Under the pieces are notes generated by a model. That model saw only the letters and a program-made list of their open reading frames with translations. It searched no databases and was not told where the DNA came from. Shown here piece after piece: positions 1 through 11,822 of a DNA stretch of 33,857 nt. The first letter of the stretch is position 1, and each line of letters begins with the position of its first letter. The stretch covers positions 1 through 33,857 of the forward strand of contig NW_021831950.1 in assembly GCF_006345805.1 (NCBI RefSeq), read 5' to 3'. The stretch is from Octopus sinensis. Lineage: Eukaryota. A program made the translations under genes and the position numbers.

Positions 1-297
1 CTGCAAATTCTTTCATTTAAGCATTCTTTTCCATAAACTGAGTGCATGTTTCGAGTCGCTTCGGCTGCAGAGTTTCCCTTTTTTTTACACATAAAGCAAT
101 ATGTGCCTAAAATTCTTTTTGAAACTTCCTTCCGTTTAAAAGGGTTTTAAATCAAATAAATTTTAATTCTATTATTCTGTAAATAATATTTATTAGTTTA
201 AATGTACACAATACATACAAATAATTTTTAATTCCATTACACATTCTAAATACTATCAATTTCATTCATTTTAAGAAAGGTAAAATCGGACCTTCTA
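1..297 (-). mobile_element. mariner transposon 5' end (degenerate, cut by window edge)
   Basis: Minus strand of 1-130 reads FRHILLYV*/KKGNSAAEATRNMHSVYGKECLNERIC (stop plus frameshift), the N-terminal HTH of mariner transposases. Outer boundary approximate. Confidence 0.75.
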
Positions 298-321
298 TAT
301 ATTATATTATCCTCTCACACC

Positions 322-376
322 GTCTCTGATGGATGGATATAATTATAGAAATAAATTCTAGAAACAGTTGTAAGAC
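322..376 (+). ncRNA. degenerate minimal type I hammerhead-like motif (Penelope pLTR type)
   Basis: GTCT-CTGATGGA-stem II-GAAAC-AGTT-GTA-AGAC; stem I GTCT/AGAC, near-palindromic stem III ACAGTTGT. Confidence 0.5.
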
Positions 377-466
377 CTATCTATAAAGCTATAATATCTA
401 CACCGCCTTGGTTTTTTAAATCTTATTTACGCAAAAATTCTTATATATATATTATACAATCATACA

Positions 467-476
467 CGTGTGTGTG

Positions 477-509
<33 letters not shown>

Positions 510-545
510 CGCGTGTGTTTGTACGTGTGTCTGTGTGTATGTATT
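467..545. repeat. (GT)n microsatellite
   Basis: Direct inspection. Confidence 0.95.
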
Positions 546-571
546 CATTTGTCTGTTTTTTTTTCTCCTAT

Positions 572-708
572 GTGGTGTGTTTACATCCGCATAACTTATC
601 GGTTCGGCAAAAGATACCAATAGAATAAGTACTATGCTTAAAAAAGACAAAAAAATTTACTGACGACGAGATTTTTCTACTAAAATTCCCCCAAGGCGTA
701 CCCCTGCA
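572..708 (+). mobile_element. SINE family K 3' half (degenerate)
   Basis: GGTTCGGCAAAAGATACCAATAGAATAAGTACT matches the tail of the copies at 17200 and 26168. Confidence 0.7.
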
Positions 709-950
709 TTACCTCATTCTAAGGACGCAAACAGATAAACATGAAAATAGAAATAAGAAAAAATAAAGATATACCTTAGGATTTACATTACTATATCTAT
801 TTAGAGAGGTATCGTATAAACCAATGACTACGTGTCTTGATTGAAGAAGACTGCCACTACTGCTCAGTCTATACGGATTCTTCATCCCTCTAACAGTTTG
901 GTGATACATTGACGCCCAAGCAGACTATGTCTTTTAATATTTTGTGATTT

Positions 951-1626
951 AAAGCGGTGAGCTGGCAGAAACGTTAGTACGCCGGGAGAAATGCTTAACA
1001 GTATTTCATCTGTCGTTACGTTCTGAGTTCAAATTCCACCGAGGTCGGCTTTGCCTTTTATCCTTTCGGGGTCGATAAATTAAGTACTAGTTGAGTACTG
1101 TGGTCGATCTGGTTCACTGTCGACTTCCTCCAAAATTTCGGGCCGTGTGCCTACTGTAGAAAAGAAAATTTTGTGACTTAAATGTGGCCTGTTGGCAGAA
1201 ACGTTAGCACGCTGGACGCAATGCTTAGGGGTATTTCGTCTGTCTTTAAGTCCTAAGTTCAAATTCCGCCGAGGTCGACTTTGCCTTTTATTCTTTTGCG
1301 GTCGATAAACTAAGTACCAGTTGCATGCTGGGATCGATATAATGCTCTTGCATCTTCCCCAAAAATGTTGGGCCTTGTGCCTAGAGTAGAGAAGAATATA
1401 TATTTTATCAAGGCGGCGAGCTGGCAGAAACGTTAGCACGCCGGGTGAAATGCTTAGCAGTATTTCGTCTATCTTTACCTTTTGAATTCAAATTCCACCG
1501 AGGTCGGCTTTACCTTTCATTCTTTTGGGGTCGATAAATTAAGTACCAATTGCGTACTGGGGCCGATCTAATCCACTGGCTCCATGCCCCAAAATTATGG
1601 GCCTTGTGTCTAGAGTAGAAAAGAAT
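951..1626 (+). mobile_element. three tandem copies of tRNA-derived SINE family M (about 951-1165, 1182-1397, 1410-1626)
   Basis: Each has A-box-like TGGCAGAAACGTTAG, B-box GAGTTCAAATTCC and core GCCTTTCATCCTTTCGGGGTCGATAAATTAAGTAC (resembles the Meta-domain SINE core as recalled). Confidence 0.9.
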
Positions 1627-2654
1627 ATTTTATGACTTAGTAAGAATTCCTCATCACCAAACACTTCGTATTCCCATAATGCTTTCTTCTTACTAATTAA
1701 TATTATTCAGTCCAAATGCGTCTTTTACAATTCTCTGCGTACTTCTCCTTAGATGGGATGGAATCCAACTGACCGTTCCATTAACATGTTATCTAATGAT
1801 AGTATATCGATAAATCGATATATTTATCTCTCGCAAGTGTGATAAATACAGGCAGTTTGCACGAATTTTCTGTTATCAGCGGTTACCGTTCAATAGCCCC
1901 GAATGTCTATTTATTTCAACGCAAAAAAAAACATAAACTGCTTATTTCTAGTCGTAAATGATGTGAGACGGTTCCAACTGGATTACAAAATCGCTCAACG
2001 AGAAATTACCAGCACGGCGTGGTAATCACCGCCTTATCGTGGAATTAGAGAAAAAGATAAATAAATAAATAAATATATAGAAATAAAAATTAAAAAAAAA
2101 GCTGGATACTGCTTACAATTTGATATTCTGCAATATGATAATCTGCCAATACTATGCAATATCGCCAGAAGTTGCAAAACTCACGAAGAAAATAAGACTC
2201 GCGAGGAATATTCTTGCAAATAGGCCAAGGTATGCATCGTGTTTTTGGTACCGGGTTGTAAGTATTTGGCTTATTCTTCGGACAACAAACATATAATAGA
2301 TAGATAGATAAAGAGATATATAGATATAGATATAAGAACTGGTTATTTGTACCGCAAAGTTTTAGAGAAACCGTATAAATGTATACATTTATGTTTATAT
2401 ATATATATAATAAATACATACATATATATATATATATATATTATATATATGCTACATATATATATATATGTGTGTGTGTGTGTCAAAATATACATGTAAT
2501 ATACACACACACGTTCATCACATCCCCACATCCCACACGCTTCTCTCATAAGAATCCTTCCATGTTGGGGGAACTGCCTTCAAGAGTTTAATGAGATCGA
2601 CCCCAAGACATATATTTCAAACTCTTATACTGTTTCTAACGGTCATTATGTATG

Positions 2655-2763
2655 TCATTCTTCAGTTTATTTCAAGATTTCTTGCCAATAGAGAAAGAAC
2701 CGGTTTCCAACCTAGATCCAAGGTTCCTACAATTGGAATTTAAAAATCAACAAAAGGTCTTTT
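2655..2763 (-). mobile_element. 3' terminal stub of R4/Dong-like retrotransposon
   Basis: Near-identical to 32281-32388, which lies 3' of an RLE-coding fragment; flanked by TATG repeats. Confidence 0.7.
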
Positions 2764-2859
2764 TGTATGTATGTATGTACATATATATATATATGATATA
2801 TATATATATATAATATATATATATATATTATATATATATATTGTTGCAATTTAATGAAA

Positions 2860-3051
2860 ACATAAGACGAAGACGCGGGGGAACAACAAGCAAGTGTATT
2901 AGTCTGACACTCGGGAGGAATGAAAAAGGTTTTTATGTTTCGAGCTTACGCTCTTGGACAGACGGGAAAAAGAGAAAGTAAACAGAGAGAGAATGAAAGA
3001 AACTTGTAGATTTCAGCGATGCAACATGGTGAAAAATTATGTACATATATG

Positions 3052-3105
<54 letters not shown>

Positions 3106-3240
3106 CAGGTGAAAGTTACAGAAAAACAAAAGACGAGCATCAAGCAGGTGTATTAATCTGATGCAGGGGAAAGTGAGAAAGTTTTTTACGGTTCGAGCCT
3201 ACGCTCTTGAACAGAAGGGAATCCGAGGAAATAAACAGAT
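2860..3240 (-). mobile_element. two tandem Penelope-like pLTR fragments, each with a hammerhead-like motif (about 2930-2965, 3182-3218)
   Basis: Minus strand reads CTGTCCAAGAGCGTAAGCTCGAAACATA and CTGTTCAAGAGCGTAGGCTCGAACCGTA; flanks homologous to 29900-30025. Confidence 0.6.
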
Positions 3241-3314
3241 AGATATGTATGTACATGCAGGTACATACACACATATACACAGACGCGCGCGCACACACTC
3301 CCAATTATATCATA

Positions 3315-3466
3315 TGATGGTCTTCTCTCAGTTTCAGTTTATCAGATCTACTCACAAGATCTTGGTCGACCCAAGGCTGTAGTAGAAGGCATTTGCCCAA
3401 GGTCCCGGAACCAGAACCATGTGTTTAGGAAGCAAACATATTTTCAAAGAACCACAGCTGCTCCTA
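3315..3466 (-). mobile_element. SINE family K 5' half (degenerate)
   Basis: CTCACAAGATCTTGGTCGACCCAAGGCTGTAGTAGAAGGCATTTGCCCAAGG matches family K. Confidence 0.75.
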
Positions 3467-3564
3467 CAAACACACACACACACATACACACACACACACG
3501 AACAGACACACACAAACCCACACAAGCGGTTAGTGGTCATGGAAAATAATGTTTGTTCCTTCTT

Positions 3565-4022
3565 GCGCCATGCCTCACTCATGAGGGCCAGTTTCCCGGT
3601 TTTCTTGGCGTATAGGTTCCCCACCCGGACGGGACGCCGGTCCGTCGCAGGTGAGCTGCAAGATGCAGGAGGAGAGAGTGAGAGATAGATGTAGCCGAAA
3701 GAGTCAGCAGAAGTTCGTCATTACCTTCTGGTGGAGCCGCGTGGATCTTGGGTGTTCCGTTCATAAACATACACATCACACGGCCTGAGATTCGAACCCG
3801 CGATCCCTCGACCGCGAGTCCGCTGCTCTAACCACTAGGCCATGTGCCTAGTGAGAGAAAGTTGTGGCGAAAGTGTCAGAAGCTCGCCACTACCTTCTGC
3901 TGGAGCCGCGTTGAACTTAGGTGTTTCGCTCATAAACATACACATCACACGGTCAGAGATTCGAGCCCGCGATCCTTCGACTGCGAGTCCGCTGCTCTGA
4001 CCACTAGGCCATGTGCCTCCAC
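3565..4022 (-). mobile_element. two tandem tRNA-derived SINEs, family R (about 3565-3848, 3850-4022)
   Basis: Heads GGCACATGGCCTAGTGGTTAGAGCAGCGGACTCGC...GGGTTCGAATCTC (tRNA A/B boxes); same family as 28385-28702. Confidence 0.85.
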
Positions 4023-4809
4023 ATGTAAAAATAATACATCTCAAAACAAATTAAGATCTGTGAGCAGTTTAAGAATATGAGTTTAGCACGAGTTTTATCG
4101 CATTGAAAAATAAGACTAGAAGAAAAAGAAAGATTTGTATACGTTCTGCTATAATGAACTATATATAGAACATAGAATAAATTTAATATGATATGAAGTA
4201 TCTATGTCTCGTTCTTACATATCACTGTTATAGTTTTGGAGCGATTTTATTTATGAAGAATATTAAAATTTGTTTTCCATATTCCTCCTTTTTAATTTAG
4301 AAAAATAAAAAATAAAAGCAAGAAGAAAATAAACAAAAATGAACGAATACATAGACTTCGCAATCATATTTCTACCAGCCAATACTAATCAATTTTATTA
4401 TTTTGGCAATTCAGAGTATTGGAAATTCTCACTTATTGATTCGTATTTCGACCATGCAATATCCTTATCTACAGCTAAATACCCGATTAATTTGAAACAA
4501 ACGCACATACTCAAACACACTGTCACATGCATGTAGGCATGCATTTGTATATGTATGTATTTATGTATGTATGTATGCAAGCATGTATATGTATGCATCT
4601 ATGTATGTAAATGTATGTATAAATATGTAAGGAGGAATGGATGTATGTATGCATACACACACACACGCGCGCATACACATATATACATAACTGCCACTAA
4701 ATGTAACTAGGGTGTTACAATACATACATTGCTAGAAATAAGAGCTGAAAAGTTCTAATACTGTACTTAAACGATATAATTGTATAGATATATAATGACT
4801 ACATATGTA

Positions 4810-5150
4810 TAATGACAATTTTATACGTATTTTATTACATAATAGTATAGTATATATATACATATACTATTATATAATAAAATACGTATATATGTATATA
4901 TGTATTTATGTATATATAAATATCTATACATGTATACATATACATATATATATATATACACGCGTATACATATACATGCACACATATATACCCGTACCCC
5001 CCCCCCCATATATATATATATATATATATACACAACCATTTCCCTGCATTATGAGATCTAGTTGTGCTTCCTCGGGCCGATATGTAAATATTGTCTCCGT
5101 AAGTTCTATATATATTATGTATATATATACATACACCACACACATATATA

Positions 5151-5204
<54 letters not shown>

Positions 5205-5240
5205 CATATATATATATATGTGTGTGTATGTATGTATTTA
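4810..5240. repeat. (TA)n/(TACA)n compound microsatellite
   Basis: Direct inspection. Confidence 0.9.
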
Positions 5241-5254
5241 TGTAGCTATATCGG

Positions 5255-5275
5255 GAGAAAGAGAAAGAAAGAAAG

Positions 5276-5310
<35 letters not shown>

Positions 5311-5336
5311 AAAAGAAAGAAAGAGCGAAAGAGAGA
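5255..5336. repeat. (GAAA)n microsatellite
   Basis: Direct inspection. Confidence 0.95.
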
Positions 5337-5340
5337 AATA

Positions 5341-5660
5341 TGTATGGCAAAGCGGTTAGAGCATCAAGTTTAGAATCGTGACGTTGTGAGTTCCATTGCT
5401 GGACCGGACTGTAGGTTGCATTCGACGTTTTGTTTCACGTTGCTCCAGTTCCATCCATTTCACTTAGCTCTTTTCCCAAGCTGTATCGGTCTTGGATAGC
5501 TTCTCCCTTGGACAACATCGGTGCCGTGGAGTAGGGAAACGAGACTGGTTTGCATGAGTGACTGATGGTCTTCCACAAATAATCTTTCCTGGACTCTGTG
5601 CCTCGGAAGCGTACTTTCTAGATGCTATCCCATGGACATTCCTGACCGTAGGTGGTCTCT
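5341..5660 (+). mobile_element. old tRNA-derived SINE
   Basis: Head TATGGCAAAGCGGTTAGAGC...GAGTTCCATT and TTTCACGTTGCTCCAGT shared with the 27866 SINE. Confidence 0.6.
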
Positions 5661-5699
5661 ATTTTATCCACACACACACACACGCACACACATATGTTA

Positions 5700-6098
5700 C
5701 TCTTTTACTCTTTTTCTTGTTTCAGTCATTTTACTGCGGCCATGCTGGAGCACCGCCTTTAGTCGAGCATATCGACCCCGGGATTTATTCTTTTTAAGCC
5801 CGTACTTATTCTATCGGTCTCTTTTGCCGAACCGCTAAGTGACGGGACGTAAACACACCAGCATCGGTTGCCAGACAATGCTAGGGGACAAACACAGACT
5901 CACAACCACAACCCATACATATATATATACATATATACGACAGGCTTCTTCAGTTTCCGTCTACCAAATCCACTCACAGGCATTGGTCGGCCCGGTGCTA
6001 TAGCAGAAGACACTTGCCCAAGATGCCACGCAGTGGGACTGAACCCGGAACCATGTGGTTGGTAAGCAAGCTACTTACCATACAGCCACTCCTGCGCC
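5700..6098 (-). mobile_element. SINE family K, full length
   Basis: Head GGCGCAGGAGTGGCTGTATGGTAAG, B-box GGTTCAGTCCC, CORE-like TTGGGCAAGTGTCTT, internal TA/TG microsatellite, tail GACTGAAACAAG. Confidence 0.9.
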
Positions 6099-6201
6099 TA
6101 TGTATATATAATTTGTACGTATCACATTCTGTCCTTCACGTTCACTCACTTTTGCACCAACAGTTATTGCTATTGGTGCCATCAAATTATATTATCGAGA
6201 A

Positions 6202-6249
6202 GTTATCGAAACTGTGATGTATTATGATTGCTAACTGATGAGGGGTGAC
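6202..6249 (+). ncRNA. permuted (type II-like) hammerhead-like motif
   Basis: GTTATC-GAAAC-TGTGAT-GTA-TTA(TGATTGC)TAA-CTGATGA-GGGGTGAC. Confidence 0.4.
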
Positions 6250-6342
6250 CGTGTTCACGTTCTACGAGTGCTTTTCCTGTTTTTTGTGTATGCTCCCTCG
6301 TTGTTCTCCTGAGCAACATTTTACTATATACGTATATACATA

Positions 6343-7606
6343 CGAGGGGCGTTCAATAAGTAATGCCCCTGACCCACTTGCAATTGTTTGATCTAGCTGA
6401 CATTTTGCATGTGCACTTATTTATACCTCTATAGATTAAGTGGTGAATTACAGCTCTGAACTAATCGTGGTGTCTGGTTTACAGGTGTTTGAACTGAGTC
6501 AAGTGTGAAATGGAGCCTGTTGAGTGTCGAGCAGTGATCTGGTTTTTGTATTGAAAGGACGCACACCACGGGAGACTTTTGATGAAATGAAAGTAACTTA
6601 TGGTGATGAGCCCCATCATATGACCTTTAAAACGCTGGCATTGTGAATTCAAACATAGTCGGAACTCTGTGGAAACAGCTCCCAGATCTGGTCGCCCCCT
6701 TCTGCCGTTGATGAGACGTCTGTCCGTCAATTTGAGGCTGCCATTTTGGAAGGTCAACGCATAACTATTCGCCAATAGCCCATAAGGTCAAGATTAGTAC
6801 CGGGTCTGTGGAAACTATCATTCATGGCCATTTGCATATGCAAAAGGTGTCTGCCAGATGGATTTCCAGGTTGCTCACACCTTTCCAGAAGCAAGAACGC
6901 ATTGAGTGCTCGAGGATGAATTTGGAGATGTGCCAAGAAGATAAGTCAAAATTTTTCAAAGACTGATCACACAGGATAAAACCTGGGTCCATCACTATGA
7001 TCCATAGACCAAAGCCCAGTCAATGCAGTGAAAGCACCGTGACTCACTCCTCCAAAGAAGGCAAGGTTGCAGCCCTCCGCTGACAAGGTTATGCTCACAG
7101 TCTTCTGGGACCAGGACGGAGTAGTGATGACAGATTTCCTGGCAAAGGGTACCACCATTACAGGAGCCTATTATGCTTCACTTTTGAGGAAATTAAGAGA
7201 AGCTATCAAAATCAAGAGGCGGGGCAAGATCAGCAAAGGCATCCTACTCCTGCAGGACAACGCCCCGGTCCACAACTCGCGTGTCGCCAGATCAGAAGCG
7301 TAGGCGTGCAGCTATGAACTCCTCTCCTTGCACCCTCTGATTTTCACCTCTTCCCAGCCATGAAGTTGATTTTGAAAGGAAAGCGTTTCCCAGATGATGC
7401 AGCCTTGATTTCTGAAGTCACGTCGTGGTTGGAGGACCAAGCTGGGGTCTTCTACAAAAACGGTCTCCAGAGCTGTATCAAACGATGGGAGAAATGCATA
7501 ACTCTGGGTAGTTCCTATGTAGGAAAATACTAATAACTGTGCCAAGTGTCGTTGCTCTACTGCTATGGGAAGTGGGTCAGGGGCATTACTTATTGAACGC
7601 CCCTCG
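6343..7606 (+). mobile_element. full-length mariner transposon (1264 bp, irritans/Hsmar2-like TIR)
   Basis: Perfect 37-bp TIRs CGAGGGGCGTTCAATAAGTAATGCCCCTGACCCACTT (6343-6379, 7570-7606) with TA TSDs. Confidence 0.95.
6510..7533 (+). pseudogene. mariner transposase pseudogene
   Basis: MEPVECRAVI start, ARWISRLL (WVPR motif), ITQDKTWVHHYD, KVMLTVFWDQDG, LLQDNAPVH, APSDFHLF; several stops and frameshifts, and the YSPD segment is deleted. Confidence 0.9.
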
Positions 7607-7632
7607 TACATACGTATACATATACATACATT

Positions 7633-7770
<138 letters not shown>

Positions 7771-7800
7771 AAAATAATCAACAAGGATATCCAGAGATAA

Positions 7801-7887
7801 TGCAGTACGATCGTTTCATGCAACTACATTTAATTGAACAATGCAATCATTACACCAATTTAAAATGCAAAGCAATGTTCAGCTGCA
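7801..7887 (-). ncRNA. type I hammerhead-like motif (core variant CTGAACA)
   Basis: Minus strand TGCAG-CTGAACA-TTGC...GCAT-GAAAC-GATC-GTA-CTGCA; 5-bp stem I, palindromic stem III ACGATCGT. Confidence 0.6.
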
Positions 7888-7955
7888 CAGACATAGAATT
7901 TAATTAAATTCGAACAGATGGACATATTAGGATAATTATACCTAAAATCTCCAAG

Positions 7956-8007
<52 letters not shown>

Positions 8008-8907
8008 ATTACATACACATATATATGTATATGGATATATGAATGAATATATCTATTCTATATGCATGTATGAAAATTCTTTCACAAACTTTTATCCGCC
8101 TTATTCAATTCTATATATGTATATTTATATATTTAATAAGCGCTCGACACAGTACCACATGATTTAAGTTTTTGTAAACGCAGGGGCCACAATCATCCAA
8201 TCAGATGTTTCTAAGCACAGTGCATGTTTTCTAGTGATTCATGTTTTCTTTGTATATCTATTGCGATCTATATTATATTGCAACTGATGTCATGTTTAGC
8301 AAAATCGTAAAGAAAATCTAGGATCATGTCACTCGTTATTTAAATTTATATGTTTTTCCCTTCTACCACTCAACTTTTATGATATTAATTTTTCCTTACA
8401 CAAAATCCATTTTTCATCCTAGCAAATATATTCATCAATTTGTGACCACTTGTTTGTTACAGTCATTGCAAGTGAACATGCTAGAGCACTGACTTGAAAA
8501 ATTGTAGTAAAACATATTACCCCCATTGCTGATATGCTATTGTGGAAAAAGACAGGCTTCTTGTCTGGAAAAGAGAAGATAATCATCGAATTTTATTCCT
8601 AGCTTAATAACCGTCATCAGCACGACCGTTCACCGAGAAAGTCTCCTATAGCCAAAGAGCTTAGACTTATGCAAAAAAAAGTAGAGTACATTTAGGGCCG
8701 TGGTAACTGAGAGTAGCCTGTGGATGTGGATGTGTATGCGGGCGTATGTTCGTATGTGAAACATGTATGAATCTACGCAGATGTAAAGATACATGAATAC
8801 AAGTAGTTAAAACTCATACATATATGGCTTTAAGTGTTGCACTGGCGTGTACTTCCTTGTCTTTATAAGCACTAGTGCACTATTCTTAAGTATCTGAGCA
8901 ATCTTGC

Positions 8908-8959
<52 letters not shown>

Positions 8960-9787
8960 TAAATACATGTGTGTGTATATATGTGTATACCTAAATATGT
9001 GTGTATGTAAATATATAAACATATATATGTATGTATACGTATACGTGTATATATATATATATATATATATGTGGGTGTGTGTGTATGTTTATACACATAT
9101 ATGATTATGATTGTGTTCATATATATATCGATAGATGTATTAATAGAAATACATGTGTCTATGCGCGTGTGAAAGAGAGAGAGAGAGAGAGAGAGTGAAA
9201 GAAAGGGTGGGAGAGAGAGAGAGAAAAATGTAGAAGAAGGAAGAAAGTGAGAAAAGACAAGAAGGAGAAAATTAGGAAATGTGAAAGCGATAAAGAAATG
9301 TGTCAAATTATGCTATGTTATATCAGCGGAAATCTATATAAGTGCGCGTGTGTGTGTATGTACGAGGTCGTCTGTGTGTAGCCGTATCTGTGAATATATG
9401 AGTGTGTTGCTGTAAGTGCGTATTTACATATACGAATTTACATATATAAATTTTTGCATAAACAGTTTTTGAACAATATAAACACACACACATATATAAA
9501 TATATAAAATTATTTATTGATTAAATCTAAAAATGCAAATATGAGCATTAAAACTTTTGAATGGTGAATAGTTTTTGACATTTTGATTAGAATTTTATGT
9601 CAAAACTGGCAGCTGCTTACCATTCAAGTTCCGTCTGGTTACATATATTTATCTAGCTCTTCGTTGCTCCATCTTCATCCGTAACCAATAATATTATATT
9701 CATAATTAATTTTTGCTTTGCGTAAATGCTAATATTAAACTTGTAATAAAAATAATGTAGGTTTAGATTTGTCTTCACTTATTTATT

Positions 9788-9844
<57 letters not shown>

Positions 9845-10254
9845 TATATATTCTTTTACGATTACTTTGTAATCAAAGTGTAACCGTGTGAAAATTTGTT
9901 TCAAAAGCATTTCTCAGTCACAGCAACCAATGTAAAGATGCGCCATTTTGTTTTTATTTAGTCTTCGTTTCATTTTGGTCGATTGCAATCATGGCGCCTT
10001 TTCGACGACATCAAATCAAATTTGATCAACAACAGCAGCAGAATTATTTTGACACTGTTTCTACATTGGAAATCTGATAGGATGCTTTAAACTCTTGCGA
10101 AAGCGATATAAACACAAGTTATGAAAACAAGAAAAAAAAAAAAAAAACGCAAATAATAAAATAAAAATAGAAATAAAAACAACAACAGCAAAAAACGAAA
10201 TCGAAAATGAGAAAAAGAATCAGCAAAACGACTGAAATAAATTCATCCTTTGTC

Positions 10255-10743
10255 TGTTCGTTTATTTGTTTGAGTCATCAGACTGCGGTCATGCTGGGGC
10301 ACTGCTTTAAAGGGTTTTATGCGAACAAAGCGATCAAAAATATTCTTTTCATTTTTTTCGTAAGTTTGGTACGTATTCTATCGCTCTCTTTCACCGAATC
10401 ATTACCCTAGAGAGACATAAACAAACCAACCACTGTCGTCAAGGAGGAAGTGTGGCGAACACAGACACAAATATACACATATATAAACACTCACACGTAT
10501 ACACACGCGCACGCGCACACACACACAAACACACATATATATGCACTCACAATTACACAGACACACAGACACACGCACACACACATGCACGCACACAAAC
10601 ACACACACAGACACACACAGACACACATACAAAGACACATATATATATAGACACTCGCAAGTACACAGACACACTGACACACGCACTCGCGCAAACAAAG
10701 ACAAACACATATAGACACTCACACTTACACAGGCACAGACACA

Positions 10744-10774
<31 letters not shown>

Positions 10775-10905
10775 CACGCAAACGACCGGTTTCGGAACAG
10801 CTTCTGTCTCTGAAGTTCACTCACGGAGCTATTGTAGATGGTGCCGCGCCATGGGAGCGAAACCCATAAACCATGTGGTTGAAAAATGAGCTTCATAACA
10901 GCACA
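10255..10905 (-). mobile_element. degenerate SINE family K with greatly expanded internal CA-rich microsatellite
   Basis: Tail at 10255-10450, head remnant at 10790-10905 (AACCATGTGGTTG), CA-rich tract 10460-10780. Confidence 0.7.
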
Positions 10906-11064
10906 GACACGCCTGGTGCTATTGTGGAATACAGTGGAGTACTGAAGTGAGGAGGTTTTCTGTGTGGTGTCGTGTCTGTGTATATGTGAGTGCTGCAATA
11001 GGTAGGTATTTGCATATATGAATTTACATACATAAATTTTTGCACAAGCAATTTTTGAACAATT

Positions 11065-11212
11065 TGTATCTACCAAATTCACTCACAGGGCGTTGTGTGG
11101 CATAGGGCTATAGCAGAGCACAGATGTTCCAGATGCTGTAGAGTGGAATTGAACCTGAAATCACATCATGGTTTCAAAGCGAACTTCTTAACAACACTAC
11201 TATGTCTGCACC
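11065..11212 (-). mobile_element. SINE family K 5' half (degenerate)
   Basis: TCTACCAAATTCACTCACAGGG...GGCTATAGCAGA. Confidence 0.65.
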
Positions 11213-11244
11213 TATAACAGCAATACTTGCGCCTGTATATTAGT

Positions 11245-11670
11245 TCCCAATTTTGGCATAAGGCCAACAATTTGAGAGTCGGGACTAAGTCGATTACATC
11301 GATTCCAGTGCTCAGCCGGTACTTTCTTTTCATCGAGGCCAAAGGCATGAATGGCAGGGTCGACCTCGGTGGAATTTGAACGCAGGATGTAAGATCGACG
11401 AAATACTGCTCCGCATTTTGTCCTCTGTGCCAATGATCCTGCCAGTTCACTGCTTTATTGTGCCTACAGATTGGTTTCAAATTTTAGCACAAGGCCAGCA
11501 ATTTCGGCGGAGGGGGATAAATCTGTTACATCGACTCCAGTACCCAACTAGTACTTCTTTTATCAATCTCGAAAAAATGAAAGGTAAAGTCGACCTCAGC
11601 AGAATTTGAACCCACGACGGGCGAAATGCGTGCTGACGATTCTTCCTGATCGCCACTCTCTTGCGCCCAC
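11245..11670 (-). mobile_element. two tandem SINE family M copies
   Basis: GTCGACCTCGGTGGAATTTGAAC and AAAGTCGACCTCAGCAGAATTTGAAC. Confidence 0.8.
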
Positions 11671-11822
11671 ATATTAACGGGACAATCAATGAGGTAGAAT
11701 TCACAACCCTCAGCCAATAATTTTCTTCCTTCTCGATCCAGGTTTACCAAGTCTCAAATTACACTACCACACTACACACTTCCAAACTACGTTACAACAC
11801 TCCAAACTATGTATTATATGTA

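Noticed and set aside
838-885. TTGAAGAAGACTG...CAGTCT hammerhead-like hairpin
   Set aside because: No GAAA and no stem I.
2100-2275. Possible exon (open frames and GTAAG donors on both strands)
   Set aside because: No convincing acceptor, ambiguous strand and no recognisable protein.
9617-9690. Minus-strand donor ATG|GTAAGC
   Set aside because: Stops in all frames shortly upstream and weak acceptors.
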